DNA of 64,000 nucleotides, taken from contig CM060732.1 of the NCBI GenBank assembly GCA_030704615.1, forward strand, positions 38,378,001 through 38,442,000, written 5' to 3'. How positions within the stretch are numbered: position 1 is the first letter of the stretch; every line of letters starts with the position of its first letter. The DNA is from Takakia lepidozioides. Taxonomy: Eukaryota; Plantae; Bryophyta. Positions 12,701 to 25,379 of this stretch are shown piece by piece. Under the pieces are notes generated by a model that searched no databases, was not told the origin of the DNA, and was given only the letters and a program-made list of their open reading frames with translations. A program made the translations under genes and the position numbers.

Positions 12701-13536
12701 TTCCAGCAAGAGGTGGGAGGATTCAGCATGTCTGTTTTCAGTACATCTCTGATTCATTACCCTTCTTGTATGCCAGAGTTGCATCTTGACTACAATGCAC
12801 AACATAGATTGCCATGCATGGCTTGTGTGGAGTGGGACCAGGTGCTGATGGTTGTTGTCTGTTCTGTGCATCAACAGAGCTACCACAGGCAAGGAAGGCA
12901 TCTTTGGCTCGGTTTTTGGAGAAACGGAAAGACAGGTATAGGAACACTTGCAAGTACTGGGAAGAATGTAGATTCTGTTTTTTCATGTGCATTTCTTAGC
13001 TTGTTTTTTTCCTTGAATTCTGATATGTCGATGTATTTCTTCTTACCTCCTTATGACTACTTGCTATCTGTGCCTTCGCTGATGTTTGGAACCTGACAAG
13101 TTCTTGGTGGACCTCAATTTCCAGGGTCCGAGGAAAGGCACCCTACCCTTTTATCAAGAAAGAGGGCTCCACCACCACACCCCGTGACAAGTCCCCAAGC
13201 CCTCCTCGCACTACGACACCCACACGGTCTCCATCACCATCACGCACCCAAGGATCCCAGCAACAGCAATTTTCCTCTCCTACCCGAGGACATCAACCAT
13301 GCACATCAAGTGGCAGTGAGCCCAATTCGCCAACAAGACCTCCGCGTACCCCTCCACTCAAAAGCATTTCTGAAGAGAAATCTGCTGCGACGGTTGGTGG
13401 GAGGGATTTTGAGAGGGAGAGGGGCCATGCCTCTATGGACCAGAGATCTAGATCTCCTTCCACAATGTCTCCCCGAGAAGACCGGACTGAGGCAATGGAT
13501 GAAGATCCAGCAACCTCACCCATACGGACAAGATAA
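9720..13536 (+). CDS. TIFY-family repressor: N-terminal DFLGL motif + PPD domain + TIFY/ZIM + canonical Jas motif + Ser/Pro-rich tail (PEAPOD/JAZ-like)
   Basis: In-phase GT-AG exons: 9720-9942 (MAREPVVAMDFLGLG), 10412-10588 (LEKPLEELTDADIMQLTREDCRRYLKEK), 11089-11300 (GMQRPPWNKQQAIQQV), ~11547-11940 (internal splicing ambiguous), 12114-12213 (AQLTIFYSGMVNVYDDIPIDK), 12401-12644 (AQAIMLLAG), 12878-12935 (ELPQARKASLARFLEKRKDR), 13125-13536 (VRGKAPYP...stop). Confidence 0.9.
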
Positions 13537-14101
13537 CAGTGACTAACAGTTGGATCGGATGGGTTGGGGTGTACTTATCAAGTTTAGTCTTATTAAATTG
13601 ACATACACATACCTGTAAATATCCTTGCTGAGCCAACTGGATGGCCAAGCACAGAGGGAGGGTGCCAATGACTTTCTGAAAGGCAACTGGCCTCTTGCAT
13701 ACTGTAGATTAGAACCTGTTGATGACACCAGCTTTCTAGGTATGGATGCTGTTTGGAAACAGTAACAGAATTCTTGAACAATAAAGACATGTAGGGCCAA
13801 AACCGAACTAGGATGGAGAAGTATTGTGGTTTTTGAAGGTGAATTACCATTGAACTCACTTAACGAGTGAATGAGTTGCACCATTGCAACTCGATTTTGA
13901 ACTTAGGATTGTCATGACTTGTCAAGTCTACGTTGTTTTATTTGACTTCACTTCTCACTTCACCCTAAAGCTGCTCACTCTCGAAGCTGCTCGACAAGCT
14001 TTCTCCATTCTAGTTGGACCCATGGGAGGAAAAACAAAGCATCTCTCCCTCTCCTGTTCCCGTGAACCCAAAGGAAGACCTGGCTTGAGATTGGTATTCC
14101 G

Positions 14102-14601
14102 TAGGCACTAGACACCAAATCGATGGTAGATTAATAAGAGGCTAGTCGGCAAGGTCACTCCTGCTCGTTGCAACTTGCCAGGATTATTGACTAGGGTAGA
14201 ACACCCTATGATCGTTCATCTACAGATGGCGGAAGATCTAACGGTGAATTTTTGTAGTTTTTACCCCGGATAAATTGATAAGATGCCCCACATCTGGGGC
14301 ATCCCAACACATTTGAAAGTGCATGATTTCATGAAATCCACACAAAGTTATGGGTTTTCAAAGTTGAACCAATCCAAATGCTTGTGTGAAGTTTGAGCCC
14401 TATGACCACTCATATTTCTTGGGGTTTCTATCAAACAACTGTTTGCCAAGTGGCAAAAATGAGCAGTCTTGGCCCAGCCATGGTCGCTCATGCAGGCTTG
14501 ACCCAAGCAATTATGAGGTGAACGGTCATAGGGTGTTTTACCCTAGCCTTTTCAACCAAATCTTGCAGAGATTGGCTGGAGTGACCATCGAAAAGTGCCT
14601 A
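14102..14601. mobile_element. MITE-like non-coding element with long imperfect inverted termini
   Basis: 14153 GGTCACTCC...CTAGGGTAGAACACCCTATGATCGTTCA matches the reverse complement of ~14517-14586. Outer TAGGCACT...TCGATGGT also pairs with ACCATCGA...AGTGCCTA. No clear TSD. Confidence 0.55.
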
Positions 14602-16210
14602 TACAAGTAGATTGTGATAACTCATGCCGTCATCCCCAAATTAAACCACACGAGGAGAAGACAAACAAATCCTGGGGCGATCTCTTCGCAGCTGCTGCAA
14701 CTTGTGAGACACTGGGTCCTCATTGACCCAGCCTGCTTACAGATAACCACCATGTGCCACCAGAATCACGCTGCCACTGCTTCTTGAATCTTGTCCATAC
14801 AAAGTCTTGCTTGGGGGGGGGGTGCAAATGATAACTCGTGCTGACGGGCCCACACCCTACTCCACATGGCCTATTCCTCCCAACATCTTCCAAAGCACGC
14901 CACAGGACTCACCAAGCACGCCACACCCTGTCGGGAAGACGAAGACGACGATGAAGCCCACCGAAGCACGTTCCCTTTGCTTCAAACTTCAAAGCGGGCC
15001 TCTAACTGCATCCCACATCGACACACAAATCTACGGGTATTTCTTACACAAAAGTACGGGTATATTATACCCACATATGTATGTACCTATTTTCTATATC
15101 ATACATACGTCATCGATGATCGTGATATACAGTAGGCTTACGTAAAAAAACCACGTGCGTCCACTTTTGGAAAAGTCACAAAAGTGGGCCAAAAGGAAGT
15201 CTGGTTGAGGGAAAAAGTAACTCTGGTTAGCTACAGGCTTTTTTGTCCAAATATCTACCCGTAAATTTTCTGGCGGTGAATCCGGAGTTACCGTCCACCC
15301 CATTTCAGATATCCCGTGTTATCTACGCTCCTGACATCAAAGTCGGCTCTCCTTTCTTTCGTTAGCATGGATGAATGAAGCGAAGATGGATTGGAGTAAG
15401 GATGGATGAATAGTGCTGATAATGCAAAAGGGCTTCTGTCTCATGCAAGCGAGTGGGATAAATGTACAGTGAATAATATCTCGCCGCGTAGCTGTGCACG
15501 TGCTGGAATATATGTATGAGATAAAGTATTTGGAATGTATACGCTTTTGTGTACGTATGTAGATACTTAGGTACCTAGTAGGCTTAGGTCAAACACGTGT
15601 TAAACGTCCAACTAGAATATTGTGCCAGTCTTATTTTTCCTTTTTGTTTTTAAAATAAAACAAATGCATGCCATTCATACAAGCCCTGCCCTCCAGTAAT
15701 TATGAATAGATCGTAAAAATATGCAAGATCACACAGTGTTTATTAATAAATATCACGGTAACAGGATTTGAGCCCTGAATCACCCGCTGGCAGGCAGGGT
15801 AATATCCTCATAAGCATGCACAAGAAGTTGAACTCCAAACCTACAGACCATGACATTGTTCATCCACGGCATGTCATTCATTACAAATATAAACAGAATA
15901 TTCTGGTGGGCACTGTATCGATCGAATTGGAAGAGTAAATCGAAGAAAAATAAATAAAAAAATGTGTAAAGCGTCAAAAGCGGGGCTGAACCCATTACGT
16001 AGTTATGCCTTGAGAAGGCAAGGCCGATAAAAGGCACATCGCAGTTCAGCTGGTAAGTGCACAATGTGTCGCCTTGGTGGTTCGGGGTTCAAACCTGCTT
16101 CCCTGCCCTGTGCCGTTGCCTGTTCGTGGATGTTGTTCGTCCTGTGTGCCTCCGTGGCCCATAAATGAAAGGGTTTTTTTTTTTTCTAAAATAAAAAATA
16201 ACAGGGGGAT

Positions 16211-16775
16211 TGTAGCCCTGGTTTCCCCCCTCCCTGTGGAGCTGGGATTCCTTCTCACCTTCCTTTTCGACTTGGATGAATGGAGGAGGGATGCGCCCCG
16301 GATGATTTAGGGATGGATGGAGCCTGGATGAAGTCTGGATAAACTTACACCTTGCACATAAGGATGAGCTAGCAACAGCTGATGTCTTTATTAGGTGTTG
16401 TCTTATTCTAACAGCTAGTTTAGGATAGATTAGGATGGATCTGGGTGATCTGGCTTCTTTCTATGGCTATGCTGGAAGGGCATCAGGCTGGCCTATATGT
16501 AAATGCCACGCGACACTAAGATTAGATTACGACCTAATACTATTTAAGCTCAACTGCCGTGGCAGTGGAGGTGGTGGCTTTTGGGTCTTACACGAGTATA
16601 CGCTTGGTGTAACGGTGTGCTTGGGTGTGAGGATGAATGCGTTTTGGAAGTCCGACTCTATTGCGTCCTCTTCATGAGATTCCGTCTTCTCTGCCAGGCC
16701 CATCTATCGACTATATTCCCCAGATAGGATTAAGTCCGGTAGAGGGAGGGGAACAAACCCACAGCGCCGAAATCA
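16211..16775 (+). repeat. 5' LTR
   Basis: Ends AATCA directly before the PBS. Aligns with 55561-56102 from 16235. Possible true start TGTAGCCC at 16211, after a purine-rich run. Confidence 0.85.
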
Positions 16776-16793
16776 TGGTGGAGATGCGGGGTA
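16776..16793 (+). other. Primer-binding site complementary to the tRNA-Ala 3' end
   Basis: TGGTGGAGATGCGGGGTA is the reverse complement of TACCCCGCATCTCCA+CCA, the 3' end of plant cytosolic tRNA-Ala as recalled. Confidence 0.85.
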
Positions 16794-16985
16794 ACTAAAA
16801 ATCGTTAACAGAGGATTTGGCTCGTACGAAACACCTGAGAGCAGTAGATTGTGTACGAGGGATCTTGCATGATTGAGGGGAGAGGTAGTGGCAAAATGGT
16901 GGCTGTATGTCATGCACAGAGAGAAAGAAAGAGAGTTTGTCTGCTCGAGCTTTTCTGTGTTTTGAGAGTTTCACAAGTGAGCACT

Positions 16986-17243
16986 ATGGCTTCCAGTTCT
17001 GAGCGTGGTTGGTTTGAGCTTGATCAATTCGAGGTCACGCGCTTGAGACAGACCCAGGCGTTGGAATCTCGCTACATTTGTGAGCTTACACGCAACCTGT
17101 TGCCTGAGCAACTGGTGTTTGTCGATTATCCGGAGGGAGAATCTATTCTATGGCCTGAGCTTCCGCTGGACACGCCCTCAGAGTTCTGGGCCAAGACCTT
17201 TGAGGAAACTGCACGCAAAGAAGCTTGCAAGCCCATATACACT
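16986..17243 (+). pseudogene. Gypsy gag, 5' part (interrupted by CACTA)
   Basis: ORF MASSSERGWFELDQF...KPIYT follows the PBS and runs into CACTAC at 17244. Gag-like text resumes at 50481. Confidence 0.65.
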
Positions 17244-18167
17244 CACTACAGCAAATGGGGGGGGTTTGCGACGCCAGCCGCGCCCCCATGCCCCACGCGG
17301 CGCCGAGCGTGTGACGCCAACCCCGCGGAGCGTGTTTGCGACGCCGGGCCGTCGCAGCCAAACCCCGCGGGTCGCCACCTGGCGCCGGGGCTAGGTGGCG
17401 ACGCTTGGCCGTCGCATAGAGTGATGAAGGGCAAATGGCAACCCTTCCGTGCGACGCCCCAGCGTCGCCCTCCAGCGAAGGGCAAAAGGCAGCCCTCTCT
17501 GGCAACGGCTGGTCGTCGCACGCCGAAACAAAAAACTCTTTCTTGCCCTTTCTTTCATCGCAGCCCTTTCTTGCGACGCTAGGCCGTCGCGTCGTAGGGC
17601 AAAAGGCCCCTACGACGGCCGGGCATCGCAAACTGCCCGGCTGCCCTATTCTTGGAAAACCAAAAAACAGTTCACAGTTTGCGACCCCAGGCCTGATAAA
17701 TCCATTCAGAAAATAAGGTCGCAGTTGGCGACGGTTGGCCGTCGCCGTTTGCGACCCCCGGCCTCATAAATCCTAAAAACCGCGTCGCAGGTGGCGTCGC
17801 ATGAGGGTCGCAAGCAGCGACAGCAGGGCTTTCTAGGTTTAGGTTTAGGGCATTTGGGGGTTCTTAGTTTTTTTTTTTTTTTCATATGGTACTGGGGTAG
17901 GGTGTTTGTTTTTCTTTATGGTTTAGCTTGTTGTTGTGGACCTTCTTGTAGATTGTGACATTCATTTTGATAATTCTCTTGATACCACATCTGTATGTGT
18001 TGCTCCAACATATTTATTGTCTCTGCCTTCTTTCTTGAAAGACTACCAGCCACAGCCATATTTGATCAATCATAGAAATAAAGTACAATATGCATGTACA
18101 TGTACAATCAAACGAAGGGATGGGTCCAGTTCGGTGCGAGAATTGTTATGTAGCTTTGATTTTGTGT

Positions 18168-21100
18168 CTAATCAACTTGAACATCATCATCCGGAGTCTT
18201 TTCATCCTCATCAAGCTGCAAGTCTTCTTGGTCATCGAAGTCATCGTCATAAATGGCCCGGCCCTCAAAAGACACCTCCGAATCATCCTCCACCTCGTTG
18301 TCAATGGCCGTGTCTTCGTCTCCTTCTCCAACATCCGTATCTTCTAGAGCTTCATCATATAGGGTCCAGGATGCATTGTCCGGGGCGTCATCATTATCTT
18401 TTACCCCCTCTACCCAACCTCCATCATCAGCATCATTATGACTAGTCTCTTCGTCCACCGCAATTGCCTCACCCCATGGAGATCCGAGACCATGATAGAT
18501 ACGTCTTCCTCTTGGCTGAGCATGCACAACCACCTTCCAATTCCCCCCTCTTGTTTTGTCATCAGAGAAGAAAACTTGCTCCATGTCTGAAGGCCGTGAA
18601 TAAGGCTCATCGGAGGGACGATGAGTAGGGTTGAGCCTATCTGCATTGACGCGCATGAAACCACAATCATCTTGCACTAGTGTTGCGGAGGGCCCCACAA
18701 GATATGGCTGGAACCACCTTCCCTTGAAGAGAAGAGGCCGGTACCTTGTATACTAAAGTTGGAGTATGCTCTCAAGCTCTCCAATGTACTCAAGTTTGCT
18801 CATAGCAGGTCGTGTATCTCCCTTGCATGCCCCACATGGAGTCTTGCCAATATGTGGCACACAACCAGAATCAAAGGTTGTTTTGCGCTTCATGTCAAGA
18901 GCACGAATGCGGAAATGACGACCGTGAACCCAAACCGCCGTGTATGAGGTCACGAATTGAGATGGGCCCCTTGCAATGTCTTGCACCAAATCTGAAACTA
19001 CCTCTCCTTGAGCAACGGCGTCATAAACTGAAGTTCGAATCCACTGTTGGAATGAACTTAGAGGCTACAATTCCATGGGCAAATTTTGTGAAGGAACATT
19101 CCGGCGGCCCGCTCCTCGTCGTAGGCGTCTAGTAACCGGCCTTGGATGGTTCCGCCTCCATGCAAGCATCTCCTCCTCTCGTTTCTGAACAAGATTATTG
19201 TATCTTGTCTCCCACTCATGTATGGATGGGGTGTTCTTCAGTATGAAGTCATGCGCATGCTCAATCACCAAGGTCGGCAATTTTACCCTCTTTGATTTTT
19301 TGGGCAAAACGATGTCATTGGTTCGTGCAACCTCCTCTTCCTTCCACATCCGAGGGGCTTCCTCATCCACCCTTGCCATGTACTCCGTGCAATAGAACAT
19401 AGCTTCTTGCAACGTATACCCCTCCGTCATGCTACCCTCCGGGTGCGCCATTTGTCTTACAAATCCTTTCAAATTCTTCATATAACGCTCAAGGAAGTAC
19501 ATCCACCGAGAATGAACGGGGCCGGCAATCGAAGCCTCTTCCACTAAGTGCACTTGGATGTCAAAGAAGGAGGGAGGTGCATTTCCAACATATACATTAC
19601 CTCTGACGCCTCCTTCTTCATGCGTGGAAAATCTGCTTCTTCCAACTCTTTGGAGCAAATCCACCGGAACAAGCCTCCCAATCTATAGATTGTCTCACAA
19701 ACCTCGGGAGTCAATGTCCCACGTACTGCAATGGGCAAGATGTCTTGCAATAGATTGTGGTAGTCATGAGACTTCAAACCATGGCCCCCGTCTTCTTCGC
19801 TAAACTTCGTACGGAGAGATGACCCATAACCAGTTGGTGTTCGGACAGCACTTATGGTGGTTATCACTTTCTTGTATTCCTCCTTTGTCCATTGCCAAGG
19901 TGCGCGCCTATACTTCCACCGTAAAACACCCTTTGGGTCCACACCATTTTGTTCCGCCCATAGATGGCGCATGCGACCCTGCTCCTCAAGCTCCTTTCTA
20001 ACACCGAGAGAATCTCCTTTTGCAGCCACTCCCTTCTTTGCCGGCGTGCCATGAAGAACCCGAAAAAGGGACGAGCAGACATTTTTCTCAATATGCATAG
20101 GATCTAGAAGATGGCGAATCTTCAGGTCCTACATATATCCCCACCCACAAAGACTTACACAAAAAAATTTACGTGAAAGTGACAATGCAACACATACCAA
20201 ATGTGCAATATTACATGCATGCATAGGGATATTGACGGTCTTTTTGTGGAATATGTACCGCCCAATATGGCAACTCGTAAAAGATTGAAAGTCGTTTCAT
20301 GCCGGGCACGTCCGTTTCACCGACCGTGCCCACATGGGCCTCCTTCCATCGATCCTCCCAAAACTGCCCGGACGGTGTCATAGGGGGGGGACGTACTTCC
20401 TCTTTGCCATCAAACAAGTTTTTTTCTCTTCTTCTCCATCGATGGCTCATAGGAAAAAAATTTGCGGTAGTTGGGATACACCATCTTGTGAAGATGGCGG
20501 GAGCTATGTGCATCAAGATCATCGCCACAATGCAAGCATGCATGGTACCCTTTGGTGCTTAGCCCCGAGCAAACAGTTAGTCATGTACTACACATCCCAC
20601 CACATTAGCAAAAACAAAAAGTTGTCATGTGCATGGCCCATAATGTCATCTACCCCACTACGGTGCACAAGACTGTCGCTGCTACTTCAATCAATCCCAA
20701 TCCTCATCGATATTATCCGGCATTGACAAGTGAATGTACGCAGGTTGTTCATGGGGAACATAATATACCTGGATAATCATGCATTGTCCAAAGCAAGATG
20801 TCTCTCATCTGAAAAGGGTCAAGTGAAGCATCCAATGTCGAGACCCCCCTCCATAGCTCATTAAGTTCATCAACAAGAGGTCGCAAGTACGTGTCCATGT
20901 TTGCCACTTGTTTGTTCTCTATGAGACATTCATATCATTGTTTCAATGCTCCACCAATATGCAAATTATACTACAAAATGAATTACACGTCTTACTCCAT
21001 GATTATGTCACTCATCAATCTTGCATCCGAATTGCGTCAGAGATCAGAAGTTTAATGTAAAGTCTAAGGCAATAATGAACATGAAATGAGTACACTCACC

Positions 21101-22394
21101 TGGCACAATGGCAGCCAACATGATATGGCCTTTTTTAATTGAAAGATACGGAGGGATGTTGTAATTCACCATGGTCACCGGCCAAGTGGAATGACTACAT
21201 GACTGGACAGAGAATGGGTTGACCCCATCCGAGGAGAAGCCGAGGTGGACATGTCGTGGCAAATGCCACATCTCTTCAATATGCTTCCATGCTTGTGAAT
21301 CTTGTGGCCCGCACAACTTTTATCCGGGGGGCTCCGATGCGAGGCGTGCCATCTCATGAGTCTGGCCAATTCGGGGCTTCGGTACTGTGCCCTCAATTGC
21401 GGGATGATCGGAAAGTAATGCATTTTCTAGGATGAAATACCCCACACCCCCCACATGTAATCATCCCATTAGCACACATAATACAACACCCTTATGTCTT
21501 TCCCTTTATGCAGACTCTCCTTCATTTGGGTGTGAATGGTCAAACCAAACGTCGCTCCTTCCACTCCTCACTCACTCCTTCCAAAACCACAATCAGATCT
21601 TGCATGAGTACTACTCTCTAAACCCTAAACTTTGTGGAATACACTTTACATACATTGAAAAGATTAAATAAAGTAATCTCCCATGCGAGGGGGAATGGCG
21701 CTTAAACCTTGCGTGGTACTTTTTTCCCTTGGACATCATCCCGATATCGATCTTTCTTGCACTTTGGGCGCTTGCTGAGATGCGAATCCTCTCCGTAGTA
21801 TAGGGTTTTATCACATGGACATGCATGAAAAATCTTATAGCCCATCCCCACAGAGTCCAAGACTTCGCGCGCCTCTTTCCGCGACCGTGGCATCTTGGGT
21901 TTCAAGTGTGGAGCAAGGATATAGTCTGCAATAGTTTGCATTATGGCAGACATCCCAACATTACTTATGCCAAATCGAATTTGAAGATTGAGCAAAAGTA
22001 AGATTGTTGAAAGTCGACTCACTTTCGCCCCTTCGTACAAGGGAGTTCTCGCCTCCCTCTCCATGTCATTTGAGGGGGCCATTTCAGGATCATCGATTGG
22101 CCGGGTTCCCTCTTCATGGGATGCATCAGCGCCCACATGATGCATTAAGAGATCCTCCATGGCTTGCACATCCTCCTGGTTAATTCCATGCTCATTGTTG
22201 TTGTCACTGTCACTATCAGTGTCATCGTCATCATCGTCCGGTACCGTGGGGGCGGCGTCTCGCCCACAGCTCCCGCCTGATGTACTTGGGTTGTTTTCGG
22301 ATGGGGTGCCAAGAGAAAAGACCGGGAAGGGATGGACAAAGTCCTGATACGAACAAATGAACATAGGAACATATATTATAATGTGTCCTTGCAA
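18168..22394 (-). pseudogene. CACTA TnpD/Tnp2 transposase (Transposase_21, DUF4218, DUF4216-type regions), intron-containing and frameshifted
   Basis: Motifs in order: HACPCD...KCKKDRY; HYFPIIPQL...LMRWH; DSQAWKH...SDGVNPF...STWPV..NYNIPP; MHIEKNV; LKSHDYH; GPVHSRWMYFLERYMKNLK...PEGSM; EPY...EQVFF...WKVV; acidic tail. Confidence 0.92.
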
Positions 22395-23422
22395 CCATAC
22401 ACTTCATTATAAGCGAAATGCAAACAACAACCTTCAATGTGTGTGTGCATCAAATATGTCATTCAATAATTACATGTATGTGCGCAACGTACACGCATGC
22501 AAAGTTTCAAACCCAAACAAAATCATTTGCACCCCCAATGACGCATTCACCCTATCAACCAATTTTTGTTTATTAATATGAAAGAAAATCCTCTCATGCC
22601 ATTGCACCCAACAAACGGATGTGGCTCAAGCTTCATTTTTTCCTACATGTGCTTAAATATGTGTGCAACACCTGTACAAAGATCCAGCAGAAATTTTATT
22701 TAAAATTAATTTTTTTTTTAAAAAAAATTGCCTCCCCAACGACGCACTCACCCTTGCACCAATTTTGAATTAAATCGAATTTAAATGAATTTAAAATAAA
22801 TATTTGCATTTAGAAAATATATGATTGCGGTTTTGAGGGGCGTAATGATTTTATTTTTAGCTCTCTATTTTGTTCTGTGACATCGGGCTTTGCACCACTA
22901 CATCCATGCAAAAAACAGGACAAAAAAAAAATGGAAAAAAAAATAAGTGTGTTTCTAGGGTCACTTTTGCAAAACTCTCTATGAAGAGTGCATGAAGTTG
23001 AAGATAAATCAACTTTGGAGTGCAAATGAGAGAACAAAATCTGGTTACGGGTCCAAATGACTTTTGTTTACTCCCAAATTTTGCACGCACATTGCATATG
23101 CTATCATTAAGCATATGGCTTGAAAATGGAATAAAAAAAAAATCATCTGCAAGTGAAACACAATTTTTCGTCTCTATGACACGTAACTACGTTCAACACT
23201 AGAATGACCCATTGAATCAACTTGGTTCAAGCTCATATTTGGTCCACATGTGCATAAGTATATTTAAATCACATATGCAAAGATGCAACCCACACGAGCA
23301 ACAAGAAAAAATTTTACATCAATCGATTAATTGGATGTATACAAAGTACATTAGAGAAATATCTACAATGCCCCTCTACGCGATCCCTGTCTCAAAGGAA
23401 CCATATTTCTATCATACACATC

Positions 23423-25070
23423 TCACTCACGCTGTAATCGGAGGTCCCAATCATCCCGGGAGAACTCGTATGATGCAAATAGTTCGCTGCCAGCCCTAAC
23501 AGTCCTACTAGCACATGTCATCACAAACATGTGCATCCCCTTACAGTATACTGACATATGACCACAAAAGCTCTCATGCCCATCGCTTTGCTCGTTACAT
23601 TTGTTCTCCTAGGATGACCAAAAGAACTATTGACCAGCCCAGCAACATTGCCGAAGATGTCGGGGTCACCATCACAAAATCTGATCTCAATGGGAGACAA
23701 CCCCCGTCTACGTACATCATGTCCGTTGACACACAAAATGTAGGGTAGGATGTATGGGGCTTCGAGGCGTAATGTACGGAACTCCGCAGAGGTGTAATAT
23801 GGACCGTAGTAGGGAAACAAGTCCACCATGCTGTTTCTCCGAGGAGGAACCACAATATCATTGACCGTGAATAAACCCTGACCCATAGCAGGGTCTGTAG
23901 CGGCTCTCACAACATACTGTCTCCCCCAATACTTGAACTCCACATTTTCTCGAATAGGGGTGGGAGGGTCGAGATGATTCCCCCAACAACGAGGCTGGAC
24001 GGTCCTCAGTAACATAGTCATATGCGCTTCCCATTGGGGGTGAGGATCCGGCTCAGGCCGCCCAAGCCGAATGGGAGGAAACCTAGGGCGAAGCCGACCC
24101 CTCCTAGGGGTTCGAGGGGCACATGCACGTGGAGGTGGAGGTGGAGGTGGTACTGCTGGCGGAGGAGATGAAAGTGGAGGTGGTTGAGGATGTAATGTCG
24201 GAGGTGCAGCCAGGGGTACAACGTCCGGATCAGGTACTACCGGAGGTGGATCAAGCATAGAAACAGACGGGGGGGGGGGGGGGGGAGGCCACAATCAGGG
24301 GGACCGCCTGAGGAAACTGGAGGGGGAGGTGGGCCTGCTCGTCGTCGGCCATAACGCCTACGACACCTACGATACCCCTCGACCCTACGCATCTCATCTA
24401 CGTGCTGCTGGGGGAACGAACTGGTCACATCGGGCACATGCTCTGGCACAAATTCTGCAAGTAGACCGGCGCGAAATGCCTCCTGTGCAATGTGATTGCG
24501 AGCTTGGGCATCAAGTCGTGGCTGCAATGTGCGTAGTGAACGACGCATCGATACTTATGTCGTAATTTTGATTCATGTATGCTTACCAATCATACTATAT
24601 TATTAGATAAACCTAAATGTACCTTAAATGAATGTTTATGAGAGGGATGGGAAAAACACTCACCTTTGCCGCATCCGCAATCTTGTTCTTCTTGTAATGT
24701 TTTTCGACAACATGCGGTCGCCGCCTCGGTGGTCTGGTGGCGCCCGGCGGTATCCGTTCCCAACACTTAGTGCACCAAAACTCAATCCTGTCGGGGGGGG
24801 GGGGGGGGGGTCAAAGATGGACGTGGTTGGACGGGGTGGCCCGCGAGGGGGCAACCCGCGGCGCGCCCAACTCGATCCTGGAGTGTCAACATCCTCCGCA
24901 TCACCTGAAATTTGGCCTCGGTCCCTTCTACGATTGTGTCCAACAGCCTGTATTGGATCAGGTGCAATGGGTGGCTCCTCGCCACAAAAAATGATTGCTC
25001 TAGGGCCACAATCGATATGTGGTACTACCTCCCCATCCTCGAGGGAGACGGGTCGATGTTCCCTCACCAT
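23423..25070 (-). pseudogene. Pro-rich protein with C-terminal SET (lysine methyltransferase-like) domain, inside the CACTA element
   Basis: GQGLFTVNDI...PYYGP...YILC...DGD...GNVAGLVNSS...NV, then after one frameshift (~23598) HMFVMTCASRTVRAGSELFASY; stop at 23423-25. These match the SET motifs GxGLF, NxS and GxELxxxY. Splice donor at 24663. Confidence 0.75.
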
Positions 25071-25379
25071 CCCATCCTAATTAACACACACCACCAACAC
25101 TTTCATTTCTCAAAAATCGTTGGCAGAAAAACCCTATGCCTCAGCCTCGGGGCTTTCAAAATTGGTAACCAAAGGCGGAGCATCCCTATGGTGCTAGAGC
25201 CCAAGACAATAAATCCTTCCTCTCATTCTATCTTCAGAATGCCCACACCATGGAAAAATTTGTTGAGACCCAGCACTTTGCGATTATCATATTGAACCAC
25301 ATTTTGGGTATGTGAATCCTAATTACACCGTCTATACTTTTAACCCCAAGACCCACAACCAAAACCGCCAATCCAAAAC

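Noticed and set aside
16851-17582. 243-aa ORF as a single gene
   Set aside because: Chimeric read-through from Gypsy gag into GC-rich CACTA subterminal repeats at 17244.
17830-17850. Telomere-like TTTAGGG/CCCTAAA motifs (also ~25485-25500)
   Set aside because: Only 2-3 imperfect units within CACTA subterminal sequence; not an interstitial telomere.
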